Below are positions 45,999 to 56,065 of a DNA stretch of 64,000 nucleotides, one piece after another (the stretch's first letter is position 1; each line of letters starts with the position of its first letter). The stretch is from SAR86 cluster bacterium (GTDB lineage Bacteria; Pseudomonadota; Gammaproteobacteria; Magnimaribacterales; TMED112): positions 147,936 to 211,935 of the forward strand of contig QOPD01000001.1 in assembly GCA_003331605.1 (NCBI GenBank), written 5' to 3'. The translations under genes were made by a program, and so were the position numbers. The notes under the pieces were generated by a model. It saw only the letters and a program-made list of their open reading frames with translations. It was not told the DNA's origin and made no database searches.

Positions 45999-47014
45999 CT
46001 GTTATCCGTTACAACGGCAAGTTTATTTTGTTCAAGAAAAACAAATCTTTTTGAGTATGAATCCCAATAAATTAAAGAATCTTGATCAAGAGTTTCATTT
46101 CTTTTGAGAGCAACCTCCTTTTGCATTATGCGGAGTGGCTGATTCTCAGACTTTAGGTATTCCAAGTATAGCTTTAGAGAGTTTTTCTCATAATCTGACA
46201 TATCGTAGTAACCGCCATCACTGTATGTTTCATAGGCATCAAAATCATTTGCTATTACTTGATATTCTGCGATTGCTAGGTCTCCATATGTTTCCAGGAG
46301 ATTAACCGCATCAACGTATTCTACAAATTGAACGTTTGCTTTATCTGCCATAACCAATCCAGCATAAATATCAAAATTGTAGCCTTTTGATGTTAAGCAT
46401 CTAATAATTGCACTTTTAAGAACAAATGCTCTTACTGCATTATCAGATTTAACTTGTCCATCGATTGAAGCCTTTTCGCTTTCAGCCAATATAGCACCCA
46501 AGACAATGGCAGGACCAATTTGTGAGATTGTTGCCGAGGCTGCTGCAGAAAAAGCAGACCCAGCCAATGCTGTTGATGATGTTCCAAGCGCTCCAGCAAA
46601 TGGACCAAGAATTGCAATAGCAATAACTGCTGCTCCTAACCCAACTGCCGCTGCAGTTGAAGTTCCTGCAGCTATGACATCTCCCGCTCCAGCTGCTTCA
46701 CTTTCTTTTTTTGCAATAGCGCCAGTTACTATTTCATTGTGATCAACATCCATGTTCATTCCAAAATCACCACAAAACATCATGTCATCACCAACATTTG
46801 TTTGATCTGTTTCGAATATATAGCCTTCAAATTCAGGTAGTATCTCTAAGATATAGGGTGTTGAAAGTGCAAGTTGCCTTCTTTCTCTGTCTGTTAAGTT
46901 TTCTCTGGCTGATATTTCATCAGTTTCAATAATTCTATTATTGGGTTTGGTTGCAGGGGTAGTTGCGCATCCTGATAGTAAAATTGTGAATGCCAACAAA
47001 AATCTAATGAACAT
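45995..47014 (-). CDS. Hypothetical lipoprotein with an Ala/Gly-rich glycine-zipper-like segment
   Basis: Lipobox LLSGC; a hydrophobic A/G stretch of about 70 aa flanked by Cys (MFCGD ... IIRCLTSKGY). Confidence 0.72.
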   Translation of the reverse strand: MFIRFLLAFTILLSGCATTPATKPNNRIIETDEISARENLTDRERRQLALSTPYILEILPEFEGYIFETDQTNVGDDMMFCGDFGMNMDVDHNEIVTGAIAKKESEAAGAGDVIAAGTSTAAAVGLGAAVIAIAILGPFAGALGTSSTALAGSAFSAAASATISQIGPAIVLGAILAESEKASIDGQVKSDNAVRAFVLKSAIIRCLTSKGYNFDIYAGLVMADKANVQFVEYVDAVNLLETYGDLAIAEYQVIANDFDAYETYSDGGYYDMSDYEKNSLKLYLEYLKSENQPLRIMQKEVALKRNETLDQDSLIYWDSYSKRFVFLEQNKLAVVTDNS

Positions 47015-47045
47015 ACTTTATAAGATAGCCTATCCAAATAAAGAT

Positions 47046-47822
47046 TCAATTATTTTTAAAATTAGTGCTTTCAAATATTTTATCAGCTGATTTGGCGATA
47101 AAGCCTTGGTAGATATTTCCATTTGAATCTTCATACCTTCTTGCAAATTCATAGTAACAGCTCGGAACATTGTGAGCTGTTCCAGAAAAATCTACTTTTT
47201 GAAGATCGGCAACTATTGATGATTGTTCGAGCAGTTCCTCTGGTGTGCCTTTAATCTCTCCACCTGATTTATTTAGCAAGAATCCATTTTGTTTAACTAG
47301 GTCATTTACCTCCTCCAGGCTTTGATAAGAATTAAGATGATTGACAGATACTGTGAAATGGTTTGGACAAAATCCCCATACATATAACCAAGACGCATAT
47401 TCAGACTCATTAGCTAACTGATTATAAGTATGGAAATCAATCTCCCAGCTTCTACCTCCAGTAAAAAGTTCTTGATCCTTTAAGTTGATATTTTTAAATA
47501 TTTCTTGAAAAATTTTTTGTAGACCTGTAGAAAACTGTTCCAATAAAAGCTCAGATAGAAATATCTTTGGCATAACAGGATCCTCATTTTCTAAATGAAT
47601 AGCTTTCAATTTCTTTACTTCAAAATCGTATTGACCCTTCTCTGCATAGCCATATTTGAGCAGATATTCCTTTTGAATCTCTATAGATGTTTCAGGAAGG
47701 TTTAGGGTGCGAAAGGCTATGTGATCATTGGTAATTTCTTCACCAAATAATTGATGTATTTGTTTTGCTGAAGGAGTATAGGATGTGTATTTCTCCCAGA
47801 ATTTATCAATTAAAGCGGTAAT
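47046..47822 (-). CDS. DUF1338 family protein (2-oxoadipate dioxygenase/decarboxylase-like)
   Basis: NDHIAFRT, FLSELL, SEYASW, NHFTVSVN, GGEIKG, LLEQSS and YYEFARR motifs. Likely start 47822. Confidence 0.82.
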   Translation of the reverse strand: MTALIDKFWEKYTSYTPSAKQIHQLFGEEITNDHIAFRTLNLPETSIEIQKEYLLKYGYAEKGQYDFEVKKLKAIHLENEDPVMPKIFLSELLLEQFSTGLQKIFQEIFKNINLKDQELFTGGRSWEIDFHTYNQLANESEYASWLYVWGFCPNHFTVSVNHLNSYQSLEEVNDLVKQNGFLLNKSGGEIKGTPEELLEQSSIVADLQKVDFSGTAHNVPSCYYEFARRYEDSNGNIYQGFIAKSADKIFESTNFKNN

Positions 47823-47827
47823 ATTCA

Positions 47828-48862
47828 TTAAGTTATTCTTCTGGCTTTCTGCCAACCAAGTTCGGCAAAAAACTTTGCTCGTTCTCCCATCTGCTTCGCA
47901 AAATCACTCGATGCAGTGCCATCTCTGACGCGACCGAGGATACCCTGGCATATGCCTGCTAATTTAAACAGAGAAAAAATTATATAAAATTCCCATTCGC
48001 TATCCAGTGCAAAATTGGTGCGAGATAAATACAGATCTACGTATTCCTTTTGGGTGAAGATACCATTCTCTTTGGCAGTATCATCATTGATATTGCCAAT
48101 ATCCCATAACATACAATGGTAACCAAAATCAGCTAAGGGATCTCCTATGGTAGAAAGTTCCCAATCTAGAATAGCAAGACTCTTATCATCGTCGGTGAAA
48201 ATTATATTATCTAATCTGTAATCACCATGAACAATTGACGTGTACTTTTGTTTAGGAATTTTTTTTGGTATCCATTCTATTAAGCTGTGCATGGCATCAA
48301 TTTTTCCTGTTTCTGAATCAAGATATTGCTTACCCCATCTGGAAGTCTGTCTTTCTATGTAGTTTCCTTCTTTACCAAAATCTTTAAGACCTAACTTCTT
48401 ATAATCTTGTTGATGCAATGAAGCTATCCCATTATTCATTTCGTTAAATACTGCTAATCTTCTTGTTTTCTCAATTTCTTTTGCAACTGGGTCCCAGTAG
48501 ATGTTGCCATCACAAAATTCCATTAGATAGAATGCCGTACCTATGACACTGTCATCTTCACATAAATGATAAGTTGAGGGAGTGGGGACTTCAGTACTCA
48601 TTAAAGCCGTCAAAACATGATATTCTCGATCTACTGCATGAGCAGACTTAAGCAGCTTTCCTGGCGGCTTTCGTCTTAAAACATAGCTTTTACTAATGCT
48701 TTTTAATAAATAAGATGGATTGGATTGGCCACCTTTAAATTGCTTGTACTCAATAATCTTATCTATTTCAGGACAACGCTCTTGGAGGTATGAATTTAAA
48801 ACTTTTAAATCGAATTTGAGAAAATCAGCTACAGCTTTGGTTCCTGAAAATTGTTCACTCAT
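47828..48862 (-). CDS. Aminoglycoside phosphotransferase-family kinase (ACAD10/11-like)
   Basis: QFKGGQSNPSY, LRRKPPGKLLKSAHAVDRE, VHGDYRLDN and LDWELSTIGDP motifs. Confidence 0.92.
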   Translation of the reverse strand: MSEQFSGTKAVADFLKFDLKVLNSYLQERCPEIDKIIEYKQFKGGQSNPSYLLKSISKSYVLRRKPPGKLLKSAHAVDREYHVLTALMSTEVPTPSTYHLCEDDSVIGTAFYLMEFCDGNIYWDPVAKEIEKTRRLAVFNEMNNGIASLHQQDYKKLGLKDFGKEGNYIERQTSRWGKQYLDSETGKIDAMHSLIEWIPKKIPKQKYTSIVHGDYRLDNIIFTDDDKSLAILDWELSTIGDPLADFGYHCMLWDIGNINDDTAKENGIFTQKEYVDLYLSRTNFALDSEWEFYIIFSLFKLAGICQGILGRVRDGTASSDFAKQMGERAKFFAELGWQKARRIT

Positions 48863-49034
48863 AGGTTTTTGAGTTTTTAAGAGCTAGGCTTTGATTCTCT
48901 TTCTCTAAGGAGTTGATTTTTCTTTCTTGCTGCTCAACTCTATTTTTTAGTGATTTGGTTTCTGTTTTGAGTTTAAAATTTTGCTCGATCAGTTTATCAA
49001 TCAATGATGATAATTTTTCAATTTTTTCGTGCAT
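48855..49034 (-). CDS. 59-aa coiled-coil protein, ZapB/TIGR02449-like (absent from the ORF track)
   Basis: MHEKIEKLSSLIDKLIEQNFKLKTETKSLKNRVEQQERKINSLEKENQSLALKNSKTYE; heptad pattern; divergent from pepP; stop overlaps the next ATG by 8 nt. Confidence 0.72.
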   Translation of the reverse strand: MHEKIEKLSSLIDKLIEQNFKLKTETKSLKNRVEQQERKINSLEKENQSLALKNSKTYE

Positions 49035-49045
49035 AATATGCTTCT

Positions 49046-50344
49046 ATGAGTAACTTAAGCCCTAATCACTTCAAAGCTAGAAGAGCCGAGGCAGCAAAAT
49101 CTTTGGATAAAGACTCTTTTCTGTTACTAAGTTCTTCAAAAAATCTTATAAGAAATAATGATACTACATTTCCTTTTCGGCAAGATAGTAACTTCTATTA
49201 TTTGACGGGATTTGAAGAGCCAGAATCTGTACTAATGCTAAGTAGTGAGGGGGAATCAACAATCTTTTGTAGAAAAAAGAATCCAGATTTAGAAAAGTGG
49301 GAAGGTTACATGTATGGCATTGAAGGAGCTAAAGATATCTTGAAGTTTGATAATGCTTATAACATTGCCGATATAGCAAATATAGTTCCAGAATTAATTA
49401 GGGGTTCGAAATCGATTTACTCACTTGTTGGCAAAGACAATGCTTTTGATAACAACATTATTGGTTGGATTACCAAAGCCAATAGCCTTGAAAGACATCA
49501 AGGAAATATAGATTTTAAAAATTATTCAAACGCTCTTGGGTATCAACGGCTGATAAAGGGTGATGAAGAGGTTAAATTGATGAGAAATTCTTGTGAGATA
49601 GCAGCACAAGCTCATAAAGAGGTCATGAAAAATGTTCAGGTAGGAATGAGTGAATTTGATCTTGAATCAATGTATTTAAATGAGTTTCGAAAAAGAGGAT
49701 CAAGGTTTCCTTCTTACAATCCTATAGTAGCTGGAGGGAAAAATGCATGCATTTTGCACTATGTTGATAACAATCAATTAATCAATGATGGGGAGCTGGT
49801 TCTTGTTGATGCTGGATGTGAGTATGGGCTTTATGCATCAGATATTACCAGAACCTACCCGATTAATGGAAAATTCTCTTCAGAGCAAAAGGCCATCTAT
49901 GATGTCGTACTAGAGGCTCATGATCAAGCTTGCGAGGCTGCTAAAGTTGGCAATTCATGTCTTGAACCTCAAAGAGTTTCAGAAAGGGCAATATCTCAAG
50001 GACTAAAAGACCTTGGCTTTTTAAAAGAAAGCCTTGATGAAATTCTTGATAAACAGCTCTTCAGAGAATATTACTATCACAAGATTGGCCACTGGATTGG
50101 TTTGGATGTTCATGACGATTGTCCATATTTTCTTGAAGGTAACGAAATAAAGTTTGAAAAAAATATGGCAATGACAATTGAGCCAGGTATCTATGTGAAT
50201 GATTCAGCCCCTATTGATGATAAGTGGAAAGGGATAGGTATTAGAATAGAGGACGACATATTAGTTACCGAGAATGGCTATGAGAATTTAACTGCTTCGG
50301 TACCCTCTTCAGCTGATCAAATTGAAGAATTGATGCAATCTTAA
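49046..50344 (+). CDS. pepP: Xaa-Pro aminopeptidase
   Basis: FRQDSNFYYLTGF, LVDAGCE, YASDITRT, HKIGHWIGLDVHD, TIEPGIY and GIRIEDD motifs. Confidence 0.96.
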   Translation: MSNLSPNHFKARRAEAAKSLDKDSFLLLSSSKNLIRNNDTTFPFRQDSNFYYLTGFEEPESVLMLSSEGESTIFCRKKNPDLEKWEGYMYGIEGAKDILKFDNAYNIADIANIVPELIRGSKSIYSLVGKDNAFDNNIIGWITKANSLERHQGNIDFKNYSNALGYQRLIKGDEEVKLMRNSCEIAAQAHKEVMKNVQVGMSEFDLESMYLNEFRKRGSRFPSYNPIVAGGKNACILHYVDNNQLINDGELVLVDAGCEYGLYASDITRTYPINGKFSSEQKAIYDVVLEAHDQACEAAKVGNSCLEPQRVSERAISQGLKDLGFLKESLDEILDKQLFREYYYHKIGHWIGLDVHDDCPYFLEGNEIKFEKNMAMTIEPGIYVNDSAPIDDKWKGIGIRIEDDILVTENGYENLTASVPSSADQIEELMQS

Positions 50345-51435
50345 TGACAAATCAAATCTTAATTGTAGGATCAGGAGTGAATGGCCTTGTGCTGGCAAAG
50401 GTGCTGCAACAAAGGGATATTCCCTTTTTAATACTAGAGAAGAATAGCCAATTTTTTGAAAACCCAGAAAGAACCGTAGCCCTCACAAACGACTCCATCC
50501 GATTCCTTAATGCTTTAGATAAAAATTTGGACATCAATGCTTGGGCTACCCCTGTGAATAATATGCTTTTATATCAGGATACCGAGTTAAACCTCTCATT
50601 AAACATGGATGAACAAAAAATCTCTACTATTTGTCAGCTTGATACACTTCATTCTCAGATGCGCAAAGGACTTGAAAAAACAATAATTATGGGCCAGGAA
50701 ATAAATGCAATGAAAGAGAGCGAGGGATCTATTACATTGCATACTGTGAGTGAGTCCTACAAGGGGGCTATGGCATTTGGATGTGATGGGATTAACTCAT
50801 CTCTTAGAGGTCTCAGTGAATTTGTTGTTGATGAATGGTATTACGGCCAAAAAGCGTATGTTGCCCTTGTTGAAGCTGAACATAAAAATGAAGCCCATCA
50901 ATTTTTTTCACAATCTGGAACGCTCGCATTTTTACCTCTTTCATTGGATAAACAGTATTACTCAATTATCTTCTGTACCAACGTCACTACAGACCCGTTG
51001 AATGAACTTAATACTTTAATTAAAAATAATGCAAAACATTTAAGTATAGGCGAAGTTAAATCAATCTCTGGGGGGCATGATCTTAAGCATCATAGTGCAA
51101 AGAGCTTGTATTCAGGCCGAGTGGTACTTTGTGGAGATGCTGGCAATTCGTTTCATCCAATGGCAGGACAAGGTTTAAATCTAGGAATAGGCGACGCGAT
51201 GCATATCGCAGACAATCTAGATAAAATTATTTCAGGAAATCTGCCTGCTATGAATGATTACAGTGCAAAAAGAAATGCCAAGAACGCCCAGATGACCTGG
51301 ATAATCCAATCCTTGTTTGGAGCATTTGGAAATTCAGCAGGACTTTCGAAAGCCGTCCTCAATGAGGGAATGAAATTTTTAGATAAGTTTCCAAAAGCTA
51401 AAGAGAAAATAATAGAGTTTGCCAATAAAAACTAA
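50344..51435 (+). CDS. UbiH/UbiI(VisC)-family FAD-dependent hydroxylase
   Basis: IVGSGVNGL, GCDGINSSLR, CGDAGNSFHPMAGQGLNLG motifs; follows pepP. Confidence 0.88.
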   Translation: MTNQILIVGSGVNGLVLAKVLQQRDIPFLILEKNSQFFENPERTVALTNDSIRFLNALDKNLDINAWATPVNNMLLYQDTELNLSLNMDEQKISTICQLDTLHSQMRKGLEKTIIMGQEINAMKESEGSITLHTVSESYKGAMAFGCDGINSSLRGLSEFVVDEWYYGQKAYVALVEAEHKNEAHQFFSQSGTLAFLPLSLDKQYYSIIFCTNVTTDPLNELNTLIKNNAKHLSIGEVKSISGGHDLKHHSAKSLYSGRVVLCGDAGNSFHPMAGQGLNLGIGDAMHIADNLDKIISGNLPAMNDYSAKRNAKNAQMTWIIQSLFGAFGNSAGLSKAVLNEGMKFLDKFPKAKEKIIEFANKN

Positions 51436-52004
51436 ATAATTTTTAAATCGCTCAAAATCTCATAAGTCTCGTGAACAGGAAGGCCTACGACGTTCGTATA
51501 GCTGCCTTCGATTCTTGATATAAATTTGCCAGCTGGCCCATGAATTCCATATCCACCAGCCTTACCTTTGCCTTCATTAGAGTAAACATAAGATTTTATT
51601 TCATCCTCTGAAAGTTTCTTGAATGTTACTAAGGTTTCACAAGTTTTAATCTTGATTTGATCTTGCAGTCTTACCATTACTGAGGAAAAAACGCTGTGGG
51701 TTGTATTGGAAAACTTTTCTAACATCGCAATATTGTCATCATCGTTCATAGGTTTGCCTAATATTTCGCCAGATGGAGTAAATACCAAAGTATCTGACGT
51801 TAATATCGGCAATTTTTTATCCTCTTGATTTAATAAGTTGTACGCACTTTCATTCTTGCCTTTCACTATTTCTTGAGAGTGCATAAAAGGATCAGAATTG
51901 GTAACACTATCTTCGTCAAAATTCTGAGCAACAACTTTATGTTCGATTTTTATGAGATCAAGTAATTCTGTTCTTCTTTGTGATGCAGATGCCAGAAGCA
52001 GCAC
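51432..52004 (-). CDS. maf: Maf family nucleoside triphosphate pyrophosphatase
   Basis: LLLASASQRR, SDT, GKP, GKAGGYGI and GSYTNVVGLP motifs. Confidence 0.94.
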   Translation of the reverse strand: MLLLASASQRRTELLDLIKIEHKVVAQNFDEDSVTNSDPFMHSQEIVKGKNESAYNLLNQEDKKLPILTSDTLVFTPSGEILGKPMNDDDNIAMLEKFSNTTHSVFSSVMVRLQDQIKIKTCETLVTFKKLSEDEIKSYVYSNEGKGKAGGYGIHGPAGKFISRIEGSYTNVVGLPVHETYEILSDLKII

Positions 52005-52240
52005 TAGACTTTGATTCCTTTAGAGCGAATGTCAGATAAGACAACATCGATACCTTTTTTATCAATAATTCTCATCCCTTTTGCCGAAACTGTTAGTGTG
52101 ATGAATTTTTTTTCTGATTCAACCCAAAACTTGTGGCTATGTAGGTTTGGCTTAAAAAGCCTTCTAACACGGTTTTTTGCATGGGAGACATGATTGCCTA
52201 CCATGGCTTTTTTACCTGTTACTTGACATACCTTACTCAT
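52004..52240 (-). CDS. rpmB: 50S ribosomal protein L28
   Basis: [28 protein letters not shown] motif; start 52240. Confidence 0.98.
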   Translation of the reverse strand: MSKVCQVTGKKAMVGNHVSHAKNRVRRLFKPNLHSHKFWVESEKKFITLTVSAKGMRIIDKKGIDVVLSDIRSKGIKV

Positions 52241-52297
52241 AAGAACGCATGATAATAAAATAGTAATTAAATTTATGCAATAATTAACACTTAGCAA

Positions 52298-52750
52298 ATG
52301 AAACTTAAATTTAAGATCCTTGATCTCAGAATTGGATCTAATTTCCCAATTCCAAAACACCAAACTAGCGGCTCTGCAGGTATAGATCTCATTGCCTGCA
52401 TTGATGATGAAATGATTCTCGATCCCAATGAATCAGTAATTATTTCATCTGGTATTGCAATTTTTATCGAAGACAGAGGTTATGCCGGCATAGTCATACC
52501 TAGGTCAGGTCTGGGAGCAAAAAAAGGTTTGGTTTGCGGAAATCTAACAGGGCTAATTGATTCAGATTATCAAGGCCCACTTAGCATTTCTCTATGGAAT
52601 CGGTCTGATGAACCAATTTCAATAAATCCAGGCGACAGAGTAGCGCAACTAGTTGTTCTTAAAGTTAATCAAGTTGAATTAGAGCAAGTTGATGAATTTA
52701 CTGAGTCTGAAAGAGGGGAGATGGGTTTTGGTAGTACTGGAAAGAATTAA
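52298..52750 (+). CDS. dut: dUTP diphosphatase
   Basis: [29 protein letters not shown] and [10 protein letters not shown] motifs. Confidence 0.97.
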   Translation: MKLKFKILDLRIGSNFPIPKHQTSGSAGIDLIACIDDEMILDPNESVIISSGIAIFIEDRGYAGIVIPRSGLGAKKGLVCGNLTGLIDSDYQGPLSISLWNRSDEPISINPGDRVAQLVVLKVNQVELEQVDEFTESERGEMGFGSTGKN

Positions 52751-52956
52751 CTGATTGACTTTCCAAATTTTTTCTCAAATCTTTGAACTCTACCACCGGT
52801 ATCAACAATCTTCTGTTGCCCTGTATAAAAAGGATGGCAGTTGGAACAAATATCGACATTAATATCTGAAGCTAAAGTTGAATTAACCTCCATGACATTT
52901 CCGCAACTGCATGTTGCTTTTATTGTTTGATATTTTGGATGCAAATCTTTTTTCAT
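52747..52956 (-). CDS. rpmE: 50S ribosomal protein L31 (Zn-binding type)
   Basis: [23 protein letters not shown] and GGRVQRF motifs. Confidence 0.98.
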   Translation of the reverse strand: MKKDLHPKYQTIKATCSCGNVMEVNSTLASDINVDICSNCHPFYTGQQKIVDTGGRVQRFEKKFGKSIS

Positions 52957-53012
52957 ATCACCGTGATTTGAATGAGAATAATATCAAATAAATTATCTAT
53001 TACAATAACTAG

Positions 53013-54980
53013 ATGAAATTTGTTGAAGTAGCTCTACCAACTCCAATTAGATCTACTTTCACCTACAAGAATCCATTTTCTTATAGTTTGGTCGGCAAGC
53101 GTGTGGTTGTGCAATTCGGGAGGAGGACACTGATGGGTCTTGTATTGACTGAATCTGATGAGAATTCTTCAGCATTTCAATTAAAAGAAATAACAGAGAT
53201 TCTTGATGAGCAGCCTTTGTTCTCGAAACAACTTCTAAACTCAATAAAAAATCTTTCAGATTATTATTTCCACCCTATTGGAGAGGTGGTGCATGCGTTC
53301 ATCCCAAACCTATTAAGAAAAAGACACAATACTCAATTCTTAAAAAAATACGATGATTTGCATGCGACTCATATCATGGCTGAACCTAAGTTAGTCAAGC
53401 TAACAAACGAGCAAACGCAATGCCTTGATTCGATAAAAAAATTAAAAAATAAGGAATTTCTTTTGTTTGGCGTTACTTCTTCCGGCAAAACCGAAGTTTA
53501 TAAGCATTACATCAAGCAAATGTTGCAGAAGAACAAGAGTAGCCTAGTGATGGTACCAGAAATTTTTTTAACTCCTCAAGTATTTGGAAGTTTTCAAAAA
53601 GATTTTGGTGAGAAAGTGCATGTATTTCATTCAGGATTATCTGACCTTCAGAGATATAAGGTTTGGTTAAGATGTCAAAATGGCGAAGCTTTAGTGGTTA
53701 TTGGAACAAGGTCCTCAATTTTTTTGCCACTTAAAAATTTTGGTGCAATAATCTTTGATGAGGAGCATGATCAGTCTTTCAAACAAAATGAAGGGTTTAG
53801 ATACGATGCCAAATTTCTTGCAAATGAATTAGCACCAGACGGCGCTAAGATAATCTATTCATCCGCTACACCATCTCTGAATCTGCTAAGAAAGTCTGCT
53901 GCACAGGAAATAGATAACTTTCATTTAGAAAAACGTTACGGAAATTTTAAACAACCTAAGATAAATATTCATGCAATAAATAAGCAACAACTCTCAAGCG
54001 GTGTCAGTAATCTATTAATTGATGAAATTAAGAAAACATTAGAGGAGGGTAAACAAGCATTGATACTCTTAAATCGAAGAGGGTATGCCACTGTGTTTTT
54101 CTGCGATGGGTGTGGCTGGGTGGCTAAAAGTAATTGCTGTGATGTTGAGCTCGTTTACCACTCCTCTGATCGAAGGCTAAAGTGCCACAGATGTGACTCT
54201 TCATGGAGATTGCCACCAGTTTGTCCTGAATGTGGCCATGACCATTTTGAATATAAAGGGGTTGGCACACAACAAATAGAAGAGATGTTGCAAGAAAGGT
54301 TTCCAGAATATCAAACAATAAGAATTGATAGAGATTCAGTATCATCTAAATCCAAAAGAGAGATAAGCAGAGAGACCATAATTGACGATAAGCCAAAAAT
54401 CTTTGTTGGGACCCAGTTGCTCGCTAAAGGACATGACTTCACTAACTTATCAACCATTATTGTCTTAAACTTGGATTTTGGTTTTTTTGGTGCAGATCTT
54501 CATATTCAAGAGCAAACAGCACAACTATTAGTTCAAGTTGCAGGCAGAGCAGGCAGGCGCAATAATCAGTCTGATGTCTTCTTGCAAACCAGACTCTCCG
54601 ATCATCCATTACTACAGAAGTTAAAAACGGGAAATTATGCTCAAGTTGCCGAGCTTATGCTTAAGGAAAGAAAGCAGCTGGGATTGCTACCTTACATAAA
54701 TTTAATTTACTTAAAGGCTGAGGATTCAAATCAAGACCGACTTAATGAATTTTTAATAGGCGCTAAAGCACACCTATCAAAAGACCAGATAGAGGTCTAT
54801 GGACCATTTGACAGCCCTATTGGCAAACAAGCTTATAAATTTAGAAAGTTTTGCATTATACAGTCTGAAAATAAAGAAAGGCTATTGCAAGAAGTAAAAC
54901 TGTTCACAGAGCAAATAAAAGAAGAAAAAAAGAATGTCGCCAATTGGGTGTTAGATATTGACCCTATTAATGCAAGCTAA
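53013..54980 (+). CDS. priA: Primosomal protein N'
   Basis: GVTSSGKTEVY, DEEHD..FKQ, SATPS, Cys-rich region and QVAGRAGR motifs. Confidence 0.96.
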   Translation: MKFVEVALPTPIRSTFTYKNPFSYSLVGKRVVVQFGRRTLMGLVLTESDENSSAFQLKEITEILDEQPLFSKQLLNSIKNLSDYYFHPIGEVVHAFIPNLLRKRHNTQFLKKYDDLHATHIMAEPKLVKLTNEQTQCLDSIKKLKNKEFLLFGVTSSGKTEVYKHYIKQMLQKNKSSLVMVPEIFLTPQVFGSFQKDFGEKVHVFHSGLSDLQRYKVWLRCQNGEALVVIGTRSSIFLPLKNFGAIIFDEEHDQSFKQNEGFRYDAKFLANELAPDGAKIIYSSATPSLNLLRKSAAQEIDNFHLEKRYGNFKQPKINIHAINKQQLSSGVSNLLIDEIKKTLEEGKQALILLNRRGYATVFFCDGCGWVAKSNCCDVELVYHSSDRRLKCHRCDSSWRLPPVCPECGHDHFEYKGVGTQQIEEMLQERFPEYQTIRIDRDSVSSKSKREISRETIIDDKPKIFVGTQLLAKGHDFTNLSTIIVLNLDFGFFGADLHIQEQTAQLLVQVAGRAGRRNNQSDVFLQTRLSDHPLLQKLKTGNYAQVAELMLKERKQLGLLPYINLIYLKAEDSNQDRLNEFLIGAKAHLSKDQIEVYGPFDSPIGKQAYKFRKFCIIQSENKERLLQEVKLFTEQIKEEKKNVANWVLDIDPINAS

Positions 54981-55415
54981 AAAATCATCACAGTCAGTTC
55001 TGACCTCTAAATTTCTTTGTTCCTTATCGATTTCAATAGATATTTCAATAACTTTGCCTTCAATATCTTCGGCAATAATTTCTGGCCACTCAACAAACAA
55101 TATTCCAGGATTAGAGTAATTAATATCTAGGCCCAGCATTTCAAAGTCATTTAAACTTTTTAATCTATACAGGTCAGCGTGATAAACATCTTTATTTGGA
55201 AGTGAATATTCCTCAACGATGCTAAAAGTTGGGCTTTTAACTGGTTTCTCCCACCCCAGGTTTTTCAAAATCTCTCTAACTAATGTTGTTTTACCTGTGC
55301 CTAAGTTACCATACAGCAAGAAAGTGTAAAACCCATTGCTATCTTTGATAAAGCTTGCGATTTCCTTTGCAATAATTTGAGTATGCTCAAGCGTTCTAAG
55401 TTTAAATTTCATCAA
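54951..55415 (-). CDS. tsaE: tRNA threonylcarbamoyladenosine biosynthesis ATPase
   Basis: GNLGTGKTT, VKSPTFSIVEEY, HADLYRL and VEWP motifs. Confidence 0.95.
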   Translation of the reverse strand: MMKFKLRTLEHTQIIAKEIASFIKDSNGFYTFLLYGNLGTGKTTLVREILKNLGWEKPVKSPTFSIVEEYSLPNKDVYHADLYRLKSLNDFEMLGLDINYSNPGILFVEWPEIIAEDIEGKVIEISIEIDKEQRNLEVRTDCDDFLACINRVNI

Positions 55416-56065
55416 AAAATTTGCGGAGATAGATTAATATATTCTTTACCAACTATCTCTCTTTTAAGGTGGTTTATCAATGTTTCATAGTCTTTTTGAT
55501 TTGAGACAAAATCAATATCGTCTACATTCAAAACTAACAAAGGTGAATTGGAATAATCAAAGAAAAAGTCGGTATACATTTCACATACCCTCTGAAGGTA
55601 GTTGAATGATAATTTCTCCTCATAGTCTTTAGCTCTGGCTTTAATTTTTTCAAAAATACTCTTTGGTGATGCTTGCAGATAAATTACCAAATCAGGTTTA
55701 GGGTATGAGTTATAAAATTTAGATTTTATAGAAAGAAATGTTTCATATTCAGCTGTAGAGAGATTGAGTTTGGCAAACAAATCTTCCTTTTGAAAAATAA
55801 AATCTGAAATAATTTTTTTATCAATAAGTTCATCAGAAAAATATTTATTAATCTGCTGAGATCTTTGCATTACAAAGTGTATTTGAGTAGTAAAAGCATG
55901 CTTTTCACTATCTAAATAGAAGTCTTTTAAAAAGGGATTTTCATCAGGTTTTTCTAAGCATAGCGCGTATTGAAATTCTCTAGCAATCTTTTCTGCAAGT
56001 GAAGTCTTGCCCACTCCAATAGGCCCTTCAATTGCAAGATATTTTGGTAGTTGTGATGGGATCAT
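55412..56065 (-). CDS. Deoxynucleoside kinase
   Basis: IEGPIGVGKTSL, ENPFL..FY, TQIHF and PDLVIYLQA motifs. Confidence 0.93.
   Translation of the reverse strand: MIPSQLPKYLAIEGPIGVGKTSLAEKIAREFQYALCLEKPDENPFLKDFYLDSEKHAFTTQIHFVMQRSQQINKYFSDELIDKKIISDFIFQKEDLFAKLNLSTAEYETFLSIKSKFYNSYPKPDLVIYLQASPKSIFEKIKARAKDYEEKLSFNYLQRVCEMYTDFFFDYSNSPLLVLNVDDIDFVSNQKDYETLINHLKREIVGKEYINLSPQIF

Noticed and set aside
48700-49045. 6S RNA near the ZapB-like gene
   Set aside because: No free intergenic space; the region is fully coding.
52240-52363. N-terminal extensions in ORF-track calls (rpmB, rpoZ, folB, folK, hemJ, cspA, ubiC, rubredoxin)
   Set aside because: Longest-ORF artefacts that overlap neighbouring genes; family N-termini and RBS positions support the shorter starts.
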